A stretch of 63,172 nt of DNA, filler included, from Stramenopiles sp. TOSAG23-6 (lineage: Eukaryota), in NCBI GenBank assembly GCA_900128565.1. It is 37 parts of 37 records of this genome, joined end to end, with 100 filler letters (N's around TTAATTAATTAA, not from the genome) between each part and the next. Parts side by side here need not be neighbours in the genome. Positions count along the whole stretch, not along the records: positions 25,757 to 27,370 come from LT638798.1; positions 27,471 to 29,083 come from LT638799.1; positions 29,184 to 30,796 come from LT638800.1; positions 30,897 to 32,508 come from LT638801.1; positions 32,609 to 34,220 come from LT638802.1; positions 34,321 to 35,931 come from LT638803.1; positions 36,032 to 37,641 come from LT638804.1; positions 37,742 to 39,350 come from LT638805.1; 29 more parts are not named here. The stretch is one strand, 5' to 3'. Positions 26,602 to 39,266 of the stretch are shown here, in pieces. A program made the position numbers and the translations under genes. Below the pieces are notes generated by a model that did not search any database, had not been told where the DNA came from, and saw only the letters and a program-made list of their open reading frames with translations. Numbering within the stretch: the stretch's first letter is position 1; each line of letters begins with the position of its first letter.

Positions 26602-27370
26602 TTACATTTCAAATAACACGTAAAACATCCACCATCTTCAGAAAATAATACGTCTGATATCCATTGAAGTTGTTTAGGTCGTTTCAGCCAGTTTCGCATT
26701 GCAGGTTTTAGTTTTGGAGGTCCACTTGAATATATTGTGAAAAATATTTCAAAAGTTTTTTGTTAGGTACAAAATTTCGTACGAAAAAACAAAATAAATT
26801 CGAAATTGAAAAAAAATAAAACATACATGACGCCCAACACCAGTTATAAATTGCACACGTCTAAATCCATGATGAATCGCAAGTTCTATAGCTGTCGATG
26901 AAATATCAGTAGCTTCTCTTGCATAGAGCATATGTAAATCAATTGTTACGATGATTTTTTGATAATGAAATTTCTTTACAATCCCTGCAGTTTGGCTAAT
27001 TATAAAATTAAATAAAGATTCAATGTTATGGTCATTGTTATATGCACGAAATATCAAGTCTGCAGCTCTTGTATCCATCACTTTTGCTGTTTTCTTTGCG
27101 ATATTTCCTTTTTCAACGATGTGCTGATAGGCATTACCTCCGTATATCTTTCGTGATTTGTGTGCAGCGACTGCCGCTTTTGATTTACATTTCAACATTT
27201 CAAATCTCATTTTATTTGCATTTCTACGGTATATTGCAGCCTTTTTCAATAACTCCTTTCTGTAATTTTCACTTAATTTTGGTGTATCAAAATGATATTT
27301 AGGGGTATAATGCTTCAAGACTTTAGATTGTGTCGTCGGGGGGGCAATATTTGAAATTGAATCTGTACTA
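26602..27370 (-). CDS. Smr (MutS2 C-terminal) domain protein; GT-AT intron 26730-26826
   Basis: TIDLHML..REA...ITGVGRH|SSGPPKLKPAMRNWL. Confidence 0.85.
26730..26826 (-). other. Representative non-canonical GT-AT intron with conserved core and branch motif
   Basis: GTATGT...TTCGTACGAAATTTTGTACCTAAC...CACAATATAT; restores the Smr GRH|S motif; next AG is out of frame. Confidence 0.88.
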
Positions 27371-27506
27371 NNNNNNNNNNNNNNNNNNNNNNNNNNNNNN
27401 NNNNNNNNNNNNNNTTAATTAATTAANNNNNNNNNNNNNNNNNNNNNNNNNNNNNNNNNNNNNNNNNNNNAATTTAGACAAAAAATTGAAAAAAAATAAA
27501 ACACAC

Positions 27507-28528
27507 ATGTAATCTAACATGTTTCTTTCTCTCCGAACCAGCTAAATCCACTACACGCAACATTCCCTGAAGGGATCCATCAGTAATATTTCTTAAAGTT
27601 ATTCTCAATATAGCATGAGATCGGGACGATTCAGGATTGTTACCAGTGGCAGCTGTAGCTCGTTCGGCGGAGCCTTTGCGCACAATACTAATTGCCTCAT
27701 CAACGCTATTTGCGGCAACTTCTGTGAGACCTATTACATTAATATGGCCATCTTGATCAGTTCTGAGAGTAAGTTGATTCCGAGAAGAAAGCAGATCTAA
27801 ATTAAGATCTCCTTGATTTTCAAAAAATGAAATAAGCATATGCACACCAGATGGCATCGCAGTATATATGTCTCGTATGGCTTGCTCCTGTATATAGGTG
27901 CACGTGTAAGTCTTCCCACTACCGGTCTGTCCGAATGATAGAATTGTACAAATACCACAATCTAAGCATCGGGAAATCAAAGGGGAGACTAAAACTTTAT
28001 ATATATTAGCATTATTAGCACTAGCTCCAAATGTGTGATCAAATATCTGTCGTTTAGCACTAAGTTTTCCAGTGAAAAGACCAAGTTTTTCTTCTTTTCC
28101 GTGAAGGTATGTTGCTGGATTACATGTATTTTGGAAAATATTTTACATTCAATATTTTTATTAGGTACAAAATTTCGTATGAAAAAAAAATTCGAATTTG
28201 AAAAAAAATAAAACTAACAGCACGTAATACAGTCAAAGTTTGAGTTTGAAACTACTTCTCCTAAATTTGATAATACGGGACGTTTACGAACACATACCAA
28301 AATATTATTTCTTGAGCCCTCATTTCCCTGGTGAGGTTGAGTAAGGCTGGTTACATTTTCTGCACGCCAACAGTCAACTTTTTTCACAAAGTCGAAAGTT
28401 TCCGGATCAGCCGCTTTAGTATCTCGCCTTACTTCCATTAAAGAGGACAAAGCTGAATCGTCAGGTACAGCCGATAAACCCCGCTGTGCTAATGCTGCCC
28501 GCATGCGCTTTTCTTGGATTGTATTCAT
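27507..28528 (-). CDS. Kinesin motor protein (kinesin-13-like), 3'-partial; intron 28124-28218
   Basis: VCVRKRP, FGQTGSGKTYT, NPESSRSHA, VDLAGSER. Confidence 0.92.
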
Positions 28529-29044
28529 TGCTTCCTTTTTTTCGAAGACTTTTCGTTTTGTTGATTCGACTTGATGATCTCGAGGATATCGAGTCTCGAG
28601 AGACGACGAGAGTGATACTATAAAATATGACAGCGCAAAACGCGCGCAGGTCAATTTTTGACCGCCCCTAACCCTAAATACTATACGGTACAAAACAAAA
28701 AATAATTTCAAAAATATGAAAAAAGTAAATATTTTTTGTAGATAATATAGATTTTATATTGTCAACCATTACATAGGTTGCATGTTCTATTAAGCATCAT
28801 TTCCTACTTAAACGAAATTTTTATGAATCTCCAAAAAATGCAGGAGAGACAAAGCAAATGCAGTTGCAAAACCATCTCTTTTTTTTTTTTTTAACACGTA
28901 CAGAGCGTGCACTCTCTAACTGGATGCAAAATACTTTATTTGCCCATCCATCTATTGAATCTTCTGAATTTTTTTTATAATTACTTCTATTACAATTATC
29001 TATTGAATCTTCTGAATTTTTTTTATAATTATTTCTATTACAAT

Positions 29045-29076
<32 letters not shown>

Positions 29077-29243
29077 CTCTCAANNNNNNNNNNNNNNNNN
29101 NNNNNNNNNNNNNNNNNNNNNNNNNNNTTAATTAATTAANNNNNNNNNNNNNNNNNNNNNNNNNNNNNNNNNNNNNNNNNNNNCATACGAAATTTCGTAC
29201 CTAACGATTTTTTTTTAAAGAAAATATTTTTTCACAATATATG

Positions 29244-30796
29244 TGCCCTAGGACATTCACTGGAGAGTCCATCCCGCGATAGAGTTTATATAGTTCAAGT
29301 TGCAGAAATTGCTGATATGTTTTATTGGCTTAAATCAAGAATAAAAATTAAACACCAACATGATGCTGCAGTATTTTGTCTAGAAAACAAAGCAAATGAT
29401 TTGCAGAATACATATATGAGTGATCTTGCAAGTGTGCAAATCAAACAGAAGAAATTATCTGATGCTATACATTTACATAAACAATGGGAAGATAATATGG
29501 AGGTACCATTATGCAAAGCAAAAAAGTCTCAAGTATTTGATGAAACTCCTTTGTCTTCCTATTCTGGTTTGCTTCAGAAAATTAAAAATAATATCAAAGA
29601 TGAAGAAAATAAAATAAGATTAAGTAATACCCAAAAATCAGTTAAACCTTACCCCAGTACTCAAAACATAAAAAAAGATATTAGTTTACATGATATTGGT
29701 GAAACAAAATCGTACGAAAAAATAAATAAGTTTGAAATTCATCATGATACAAAAGAAAAACAGAAAAGTCAAAAAAATCGCAATATACTAAATAGAAAAG
29801 ATGATAACCCTAACCCTAATGATAATAGATGGAAAACGTATCTCCCTCTTTCCAAAGTATCTCGTCTTGTCATTAAACAAATTATATCCGCAATTCAAAT
29901 GAAACGAAGTTTATTCGGACATCGACTACAATCATTTCGAGATTCATTTCATCAATTTGATCAATTTCAATAAAATTATAAAACTTTTAATANNGTACAT
30001 TTTCAAAATTGAATGTAAATTTTTTTTTTCATAGTAAAATTTGTACCTAACAAAATATTTAGATGGAAAATATATTTTCGCAATGCATGGTAATGGGTTC
30101 CTAACAGAATCTGAAATTGGATTAGCATTAAAGCAATTGGATATTTTTCTAGAAGGCAATCAACTAGCTCAACTTTGTGCAGCTTTAGATATCAATGAAG
30201 ATGGTATGATTGTATATGAAGAGTTAGCCCACATTCTAGATGTTGCTGCATATAATGATTCTACAAAATTTACTACAAAAAATAAAACTAAATCCAAGAA
30301 AATATTTGATTCTTACAATCAATATGATGAAACTGAAAACAGTCGAGTAAATAATAATTTCAATCAAGATGGATCAATAATTATAGAAAACATTATCGAA
30401 GAAGCAACTAGACTACACGATGATAATTTCAAGCTTTTTCAAATGCGATTACGTGAAATGAAAGAAATCGAGGATACAATAGAGCAACGTTGGCTATCTT
30501 CTACTTGCAGTACATTTCAGAATAATAATTCAAAAGTAGATTATAATTCAAAAGTCAGTGTTGCGACGAATAGTTTGTCAGATAAGAATCCTTTTTCTTT
30601 CGTACTAGACAAAAGTAAGAGACTTCATTTGGACAAAGACAATTTCTCTTCAGACAAAAGTGTATCAAAAGAATGCTTGAAGACCAAAACATCAGAAGAA
30701 ACACAAAATATTGTAATTGATATTAGAAACCCAAATGATTCAAGAGATGCGTTTAACGATAATAACCATGTTAACAACCCTAATCATTCTAACGAG
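29244..30796 (+). CDS. Hypothetical protein with EF-hand pair, spliced
   Basis: FHQFD..|GNGFLTESE and LDINEDGMIVYEE loops. Confidence 0.6.
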
Positions 30797-30951
30797 NNNN
30801 NNNNNNNNNNNNNNNNNNNNNNNNNNNNNNNNNNNNNNNNTTAATTAATTAANNNNNNNNNNNNNNNNNNNNNNNNNNNNNNNNNNNNNNNNNNNNTCGT
30901 ACGAAATTTTGTACCTAACAAATTTCGAATTTAATTTTTTTTACAATACAT

Positions 30952-32423
30952 GCGCATAAAAGGTCTTTTTGATTTAATGCAAAATCCTGAAACCTTAGTC
31001 ATGCCTACTATTGAACAGGTGTATGTACGTTTTCATCATGAATTTTAAAATTATTTTTTTTTTGGTACGAAATTTTGTACCTAACGATTTTTTTACTAAA
31101 AAAAATATTTTTTCACAGTATATGACGATCTTTGTTATGGAGATCGTATCTACCAGTGGCTTTGTTATGGATTTTTATGTTGCCCTGAAAATTTAGGTGA
31201 TAAATTAAAAAAAACATGCGTACCTCTTTTACCATTATTGAAATCAGTTTTAGAAGATGGTTTTATTCTTCCTGTATTTCGTGATAAGACTCTTATGATA
31301 CACAGTAGTTTGGACGAGATGTATGTTTCTTTCTTGTTTTATGTTTTTTTCTTGATGTTTTATGTTTTTTTTATGTGTTTTTATGTTTTTTTTATGTGTT
31401 TTTATGTTTTTTTTATGTGATTTTATGTTTTTTCTGTTTCGCTCTATTTTTTTCAATAGAAAATTTTGTACTTAACGATTTCTTTTTACATTTTTCACAA
31501 TACATGGTATTGTTGACTAAGAAATTAATGAATCATGACTTTCATAAAACTGCAGCCCATAAAATTATTGGTGAAGCTGAATTTGTAGCTGTAGAAACAA
31601 GTGCCACGTGTCATGCAGACCATCGAACGTACCTTCGAATTTCAATCGGATCACTTGTTAATTTAATTCGTGAATGTCCAGGTACTTTAGGCCCGAAGTT
31701 TCCATTGGTATTAGCAGCACTATCTGTTTGTCGTCAAGAACTTGATTGGTATTTTCGACATCTTGGAGCTGAACCAAAAAAACACACGGGTTGGTTTTCA
31801 AAAGAACCTAAACATGTACGTTTTTGTTAGGTACAGAATTTGGTACAATTTTTTTTTTTTTTTTTTTTTTGTATGATTTTTTTTTTTTTTTAAATTTGTA
31901 CCTAACAAATTTAATTTTTGTTTGAAATATTTTCATACAATATATGATCACGGAGACTGGAATGATCCTCAAATTTCTGAATTAATATTTCTGTCCATGG
32001 AACTTCAAGGTGAATGTCGCAAGGGATATCGCCTCATCGCTCAGTATCATATTAAATTTCTTGCTGGTGCTATGACGAATGACGTTAAAGAAGGCTCAAA
32101 AATTCTAAATTCACATCCAGTTTGTGTAAGTCTTTTCGAAAAGTTAGTTAGTAATTTAGAATCTCTTTCATCAATTGGTGACATCTCTGATCCCAAGATT
32201 GAAGGTAAAATACATAATACGTTACACGAAATCAGAACAACTTGGTTTCAAATAGAGGGTATCATTTCTGATAATTCATCTCGTTTTCATCAGTTGAAAG
32301 GCGATTCAAAAGAAGCTTTGTCCCAATTAATGCGTAAAATGACAAAAGTGTGCCGTCATTCTCGCTTTGTTGACTGTTTTGAAGATGAGATGGTCCGTCA
32401 CGTTTCATTATCAGAACTTTTAT
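30952..32423 (+). CDS. NCKAP1: NCKAP1/NAP1/Hem subunit of the WAVE/SCAR complex, internal exons; GT-AT introns 31025-31123, 31321-31505, 31816-31945
   Basis: QWLCYGFLCCP, LPVFRD, HADHRTYLR, PGTLGPK...ALS....E..WY.RH, D..ISELIF. Confidence 0.88.
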
Positions 32424-32624
32424 GTATGTTATATTTGTTTTCAAATTTGGAGTTTTTTTTTCGTACGAAATTTTGTACCTAACAAATTTTAGTTTTTTTT
32501 TTTTGAAANNNNNNNNNNNNNNNNNNNNNNNNNNNNNNNNNNNNNNNNNNNNTTAATTAATTAANNNNNNNNNNNNNNNNNNNNNNNNNNNNNNNNNNNN
32601 NNNNNNNNAAAAAAAAAAAAAAAA

Positions 32625-32664
<40 letters not shown>

Positions 32665-32721
32665 GAATGAAAAATGTATACCTAAATTAAAAAAAAAAAT
32701 ATTTTTTTTTTCACAATATAT

Positions 32722-33634
32722 GTGCTGCATCGTTTTTAACTTTTCAAAGGCGTGAATCCGATTTTGAATTTATAGGTGTTGATTTCATCGCTGATGCGAC
32801 AACTGGATATGCGTACTTAATTGAATGTAACTGTCCACCGGATAATAAAGGATCAGTTGAGACCAAGGGTATTTTTTTTTTAGTACGAAATTTTGTACCT
32901 AACGATTTTTTTTTTCAAAATTTTTTTAGTACGAAATTTCGTACCTAACGATTTTTTTTTTTTTTTTTCAAATTTTTTTATATATATATATATATATATA
33001 TTTTTAGTTCTCATGATTTTTTTTTTTTACATAGTAAGTATATCACGAAATACATGAAATATTGTTGAGGAATTTCATCAAGGACTTTTCTCAGATTTGG
33101 TACAAACTTTCGTAGTTATACCTATCGTTAAAAAAAGAGCTCCGATAAATAACAAAAGAAACCCTACAAATAATATAAGTTTTCAAAATTAAATTTCAAA
33201 TTTAGTTTTTTTTTTCATACGAAATTTTGTACCTAACATTTTTTTTTTTTAAATATTTTCCTACATTTTTTCCCGATACAAATGAATGTGGATTATGGGA
33301 AAAAGTGGGCGAATTAAGTTCGAGTGATTGCAAAACACATACTCCAAATGTCGTGAATGAAATAATTCTGAAGAAAAAATTGAAAAAAAATGAAAAAAAT
33401 ATGGAAAAAAAAATTGAAAAAAAAATTGAAAAAAAAAATGGAAAAAAAAATGTTGAAAACCCTAACCCTAAAGAACCACAAGTCAAAGATGGTTTTACCT
33501 TTACTACATCAATTGAAGCTGAGTGTAAAGGAATTCTTGCAAGAAATCGATTACAATGGTTATTATATCAACGTAAAGCAATGAAACAACAAAAACACGA
33601 AATCCTAAAAAAAATCGAAACAATAAAAAAATGA
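32722..33634 (+). CDS. Tubulin-tyrosine ligase (TTL/TTLL) family, C-terminal exons
   Basis: FEFIGVDFIAD...AYLIECNCPP (ATP-grasp ExN motif). Confidence 0.8.
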
Positions 33635-34372
33635 AAAAATAAAATATTTTTTTTTTAACAAAATTTTTTTTTATTTTGAATCAAAAAAATTAAAAATTAT
33701 TCTGGAAGAATTTCGTACATACCTGTCGCACTACAATCATCATCCGTTTCTATTTCTATACTATTACTACTATTGCTAGTAGGGTTAGGGTTATTACTAC
33801 TATTATTAATAGTCCAAGTAGGGTTAGGGTTATTATTAATAGTACTAGTAGGGTTAGGGTTAGGTGATACTTCATATGCCCCAATGGCACAAAACTGGCT
33901 TTGTATATTTTGAGGGTTTACATCTGTAGTTGAAATATCATTTGTCTTTGAATAATTTTCCGTACTTATTTGGTACGAATCTGAATTTTGTATTGTGTGT
34001 GAAATATTTGTACTTTCATATAAGGATAAATTTTGGATATTTTCTTTTTTTTCATTTGGAACAAACATGTTTTTTGAAAAGTCTTGAATTTGCCATTCTT
34101 GTTCATTTCGTTTATTTTCGATATTATTTGTTACCGTTGATAACTCATTTTTATCACAGTGAGCATATATGTATCATTAAAAAAAAAAAAAAAAATTAAA
34201 TTGGTTAGGTATGAAATTTTNNNNNNNNNNNNNNNNNNNNNNNNNNNNNNNNNNNNNNNNNNNNTTAATTAATTAANNNNNNNNNNNNNNNNNNNNNNNN
34301 NNNNNNNNNNNNNNNNNNNNTACGAAATTTTGTACCTAACAAATTTCGAATTTAATTTTTTTTACAATACAT

Positions 34373-35037
34373 GTCGTACGTTGGTTTGAGAGGCTCGGTA
34401 GTCCTCCTACTAAGAACTTTGAGGATGTAAGGAACAATATTAATGATAATATCAATGAAATACCTGAAGATTTGGATCCTATTTTTCGTTTGATTTTTCA
34501 AGAGCAAATGCCATATACGTTTTATTTTTTTTTCAATTTGGATTTTTTTTTTCATACGAAATTTTGTACCTAACGATTTTTTTTTGGAATATTTTTCCAA
34601 AATACATATGTGCAGAGTGTAGTAAATGCAATTGACGACTATTGTGAAAAAAATCCAAATGCGAAAAGAGTACGTTTTCATTTCAATTTCGAATTTATTG
34701 TTTTTCGTGCGAAATTTTGTACCTAATGATTTTAATTTTTGAAATATTTTTCATAACCAATGTCCCTCGAGCTTTAGGTTCTACAGATTTTATCGTTGGA
34801 AAAAAATTAGGTAATCGAAAGTTAGTCACTTTTGTCCAGTGGAAAGCACAGAGAGCTCGGGATGCATATGAAGAAGCAATCGATCATGGAGAAAGTAAGA
34901 CTGCCATTTATGATTGGTTTAAACGAGTTCAGGAAGATAAAATAGATTTTGATGCGGAAAAAATAATTCCTCGCATTTCTAACAGATTGACTAGAGTAAA
35001 TTTTGAAGAAGTTAGAGAGTTGAAAAACACAAAGTAG
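34373..35037 (+). CDS. C-terminal exons of a possible glutathione-S-transferase-like protein; introns 34515-34607 (AT-AT) and 34670-34761 (GT-AT)
   Basis: Open frame after splicing; RVPRALG...F.VG...G.R...FVQWKAQR..DAY. Confidence 0.45.
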
Positions 35038-35322
35038 GCACACGTAAAAGTAATTAAAGTCAAATAATTTGTATTATTTATATCATGTTTACTATCATTG
35101 CATTTTCATGGATAAAGTGACTACATTGAATTAATTCAAAGTACTTTCCATAAGAACGCATCCATCACATTTATTACGAGATATAACAAATATGTACCAT
35201 NNNNNNNNNNNNNNNNNNNNNNNNNNNNNNNNNNNNNNNNNNNNNNNNNNNNNNNNNNNNNNNNNNNNNNNNNNNNNNNNNNNNNNNNNNNNNNNNNNNN
35301 NNNNNNNNNNNNNNNNNNNNNN

Positions 35323-35905
35323 TCCAGAGGTAATGTTTTTTCTGCCTTCTTTTGCCACGCAGGTGTAATATCACGACGACCGCGATTAAAAACGGGTGGT
35401 GGAGGACCTCCTAAATTGTATTGCGAAACAGGAGGCGCATATGGCGGAGGTCCATCTCGAAAGTCTCTTCTATCATAATTATCATAACGTGGTGGTCCAT
35501 CTCGAAAGTCTCTTCTATCGTAATTATCATATTGTGACTGGGGTGGTGGTAAATGATTCATAAAACCACGTGGTGGTGGTTGAAATGGAGGATTATTCGA
35601 AGTATGAGGAGGTGGTTCAAGATAATCTTGGTTACGAGCAACTGGCGGAGGACCATTCCTATTACCACGATAAGGATCGTCATTCCGACGATGATCATTT
35701 TCCTGTTCATATTGCTTTCTTTCTTTAGCAATGCGTTCGTTTTCAGCTTTCTCTTTTTGTTTTCGAAGATGAACACGATATTTTTCTTGCAATATTGGTA
35801 AATTCTTCATATGTTTCTTAGTGAAATTTGCAATGCTGTCAGGTGAAGAAAATTTCCTACCAATTGGAGGATAGAAATCTATACCATCGGGGGTAAGAGA
35901 CATAT
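35323..35905 (-). CDS. Pro/Arg/Asp-rich low-complexity protein exon
   Basis: ORF preceded by CCAAAATACAT acceptor; duplicated YDNYDRRDFRDGPP. Confidence 0.55.
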
Positions 35906-36427
35906 ATGTATTTTGGAAAAATATTTCAAAANNNNNNNNNNNNNNNNNNNNNNNNNNNNNNNNNNNNNNNNNNNNTTAATTAATTAANNNNNNNNNNNNN
36001 NNNNNNNNNNNNNNNNNNNNNNNNNNNNNNNACGAAATTTTGTACCTAACGATTTTTTTTTTGAAATATTTTTCCAAAATACATGGTTTGGATAAACATG
36101 GTTTGTTAGATGTTTCAAAGCGTCGTCGAAACTTTGACTTATTTCTCGTTCGAAATTTTTCCGAGAGTATTTAGTAATATATAACATTATACACAACTTT
36201 GTTAAACATCAACATCAAAAAAATTAAAAAAAAAAATTTAAAATGCATATTATTTCTTTATTCTGATAGATTGATTAAATAGACTTAGAGCATCTACATC
36301 AACTTTGTTGATTTCACTTTGAGGTTTTTTATCTTTCGTATTTATTTCACTTTGGTTTTTTTTATCTTTCGTATTTACATAAATATCGTTTTTTTTTACA
36401 ATTGTATTCGGTTTGCTAAAAATATTT

Positions 36428-37641
36428 TCATCGTCTCTGATTGATACTTTCATACTCAATCTTTGCTGTTTTATGTGAACAGATTTGCGTCTCATTACGT
36501 TTTATATACAGTGATGCTAAAGGTTGAATTACTTTTGGGTCTTGGCGACGACCAAAATCATGAACTAATTTCTCTAATATTACTATGAGGAAATCGCGAA
36601 GAGGACCCAAACTGCCACGTGCCATTGCATCAATAAACATTTGTTTCGGTTCTTTGCTATGAAGCATTTTCGATGTTTGCATTATGTATGCAAGCCATTG
36701 TAAATCGTCAAGAGTTATAGTTGATACTTTATCAATCTTTAATGTTGTATCGGGGAGCCTTTGACTAACAATATTTTTTCTATTATTTTTCTTACTATTT
36801 ACTGCACCTGGGCGACAATTAGCTAAATCATACCATTTTTTTAAATGTTTAGTAGCTATCTGTCCATAATTATCAGGGTACGTTTTATTGAGGCACAACT
36901 GAAATATTCCTGCATGTATTGTGAACAAACACGAAATCGCAGAAAAACATTGTTAGGTACGAAATTTCGTATGAAAAAAAAATTGAAATTGAAATGATAC
37001 TTACATGGGCTTCTCGCTTTAAATACCAGACAAAAAGTTTATTTTGCTCAGTGTTTCCATTACTTTTTTCAAATTCACGATGACCTTTACTCTCTTTTGG
37101 TATTTTTACTTGCAATTTGTGTTGTTCTTTTGAAATTAATTTATCTGCAATTCTTAAGTGATATAGTGTTTTTGAGTAATATTTTTTTGCATCTAAATAT
37201 TTTTGACTTGAATCTTCCAAATTTTGCCGAAGTATTAAATATGTCATTTGAAGATATACAACCGATGCTTGCCACCCAACTAAGGATAATGCTTGGCATC
37301 GTTCANNNNNNNNNNNNNNNNNNNNNNNNNNNNACCTTGAGAAGTGAAGCTACGGAACTCGGAGGTCGTATTCCCAAAGATCTCATTTCAGGAACTTGTG
37401 AAGAAGCCAAAGTGTATGAAAACATTTTATTCTTGTTGGAGTGTAGTGTGTTTAAAGCAATAGCGGCTTCCAATGACAAATCTTTAGCGGAGAGTTTCGA
37501 TTCTAATAAATTTTCTTCAACATTTCTGCGAATAGTTTGTTGCTCAATCATCAACTTAGCTGCTATCTTTAGCTTTTCACTCTTACTCCGACGGTTCATC
37601 GTGGCTTCATGACGTTTAATTCTTGATGCTGCCAAAGATGA
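36428..37641 (-). CDS. Hypothetical protein; GT-AT intron 36914-37004
   Basis: Two ORFs joined in phase 0 (EAH|AGIFQLC). Confidence 0.55.
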
Positions 37642-37741
37642 NNNNNNNNNNNNNNNNNNNNNNNNNNNNNNNNNNNNNNNNNNNNTTAATTAATTAANNN
37701 NNNNNNNNNNNNNNNNNNNNNNNNNNNNNNNNNNNNNNNNN

Positions 37742-39266
37742 TTGTATATTTCGATTATCGCAACTTTTTTAAGATCAAATATCTGGATTTCCGGAATACG
37801 AAGTATTCATTTGGCGAAGAAAAAAAATATTCGACTACTTCTGAAGACGGTGTTGATGATGGTGATCAGGTCGTGGCATTAAAAAACACAGATATGTTAG
37901 CTTCAATAGGTGTACATTTTCCATACACTACAACTGAAAAAATAGATTCCATATATATTTCAAAACATCTTCAATTTATAGACCTAACTGGTTACCAAAA
38001 CGACGAAACGTCTACAATTACACTTAAAATTAAAGGAAGAAACCCCGACTCTACCCTCGAGTTGTTCTTGGGACCAGTCTTGGAACATGAAGAAGAGCCA
38101 GATATAAACGTAATCAAACTTTTGGATTGTTCTAATCCTCAAGGGAATGGATTTTGGGGAATGGATTGTTCTGAAGACAGCCATGGAAAAATTAAAATAT
38201 GTCGAAAATGCCCTTCGAATGCAAAATGTATACTTTATGAAATCCCCGATACCAAAATGAAGTGTACAGAAATGGAAACAAATTGTGAGGAAAGCCTTCG
38301 CGGCCTTGGTGAAGGTGAATCTCAATGCAAGTGTAATTCAAATTATGAACATTTTGATGATGTTAAGTTGAAATGTATACAAAATAAGAAATGTATTGAT
38401 AATGATAGACCAGACTTACAGTGTACAGGAAGTACGGAAATAATGACAAACAATTTCTGTGAAGGAGAATCATGTACAGAAAGNGATTTTGCGGAAAAGA
38501 CTGGCAAGTGTTGTGGAACAATTGAATCCTGTGATATACAATATCATTTCTCTAATTGCACTCATATGAGTTTTGAATTTGGAACGCAAACTATGGATTT
38601 CGGTCAAAATTGCCCGCGACTAAGTTGTACTCAAATTATAAATGGCAGTAGTTTTAGTACTCAACAAAATTACGGTGTAATTGGGTTTCAACTATCCTTG
38701 GTTAACGATTATGAAGAATGGAAGAATTGGAAAAAAGAATCAGAAGAATGGAAAAGATATAAAGAAGAATTACAACTAGTAGAATCAGACGTAGTAGACC
38801 CACACCTAGAATATTGGATAGTACAAGACTTCATGACTAAATTTAACAAATTAGCAAAAAGTACTTACCGCTTGAAAAGTTTGAGTGATACTTTTTTACC
38901 TACATACGGAACTACTAGTAGACTCACAGATGACATGTATTGGTTAGATAGTGTCCTTGCTGCATTCCGCGGATTTGAAAAGATAAGTATGTTACTTAAT
39001 AGTGATAATGAAGAACCTAAAAAAAATGAAAATCAAGATATTCGTACGCAAGCGCAATATCTTGCAGATACAAAAGTTCATACAAAATATACAGTAGTAT
39101 ACGATACTGGATTTGATCTTATAAGGGAGCATCTATGTTACACCAAAGAAAATCAAGATCAATCTAGTATGCATTGTTGTGGGGCTTTCAAGTATACTTT
39201 AAATGCTTTGAAAAATGTTGTGGACACTGGTTGCAGAGTGATTGTTCTTGCAATAACTAAAAGCAT
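37742..39266 (+). CDS. Cysteine-rich (EGF-like) large protein fragment
   Basis: Long ORF with CxxCPxNAxC, CKCNSNY, CCG motifs. Confidence 0.55.

Noticed and set aside
29046-29076. (TAG)n microsatellite and adjacent short duplication
   Set aside because: Ordinary simple repeat at a contig end
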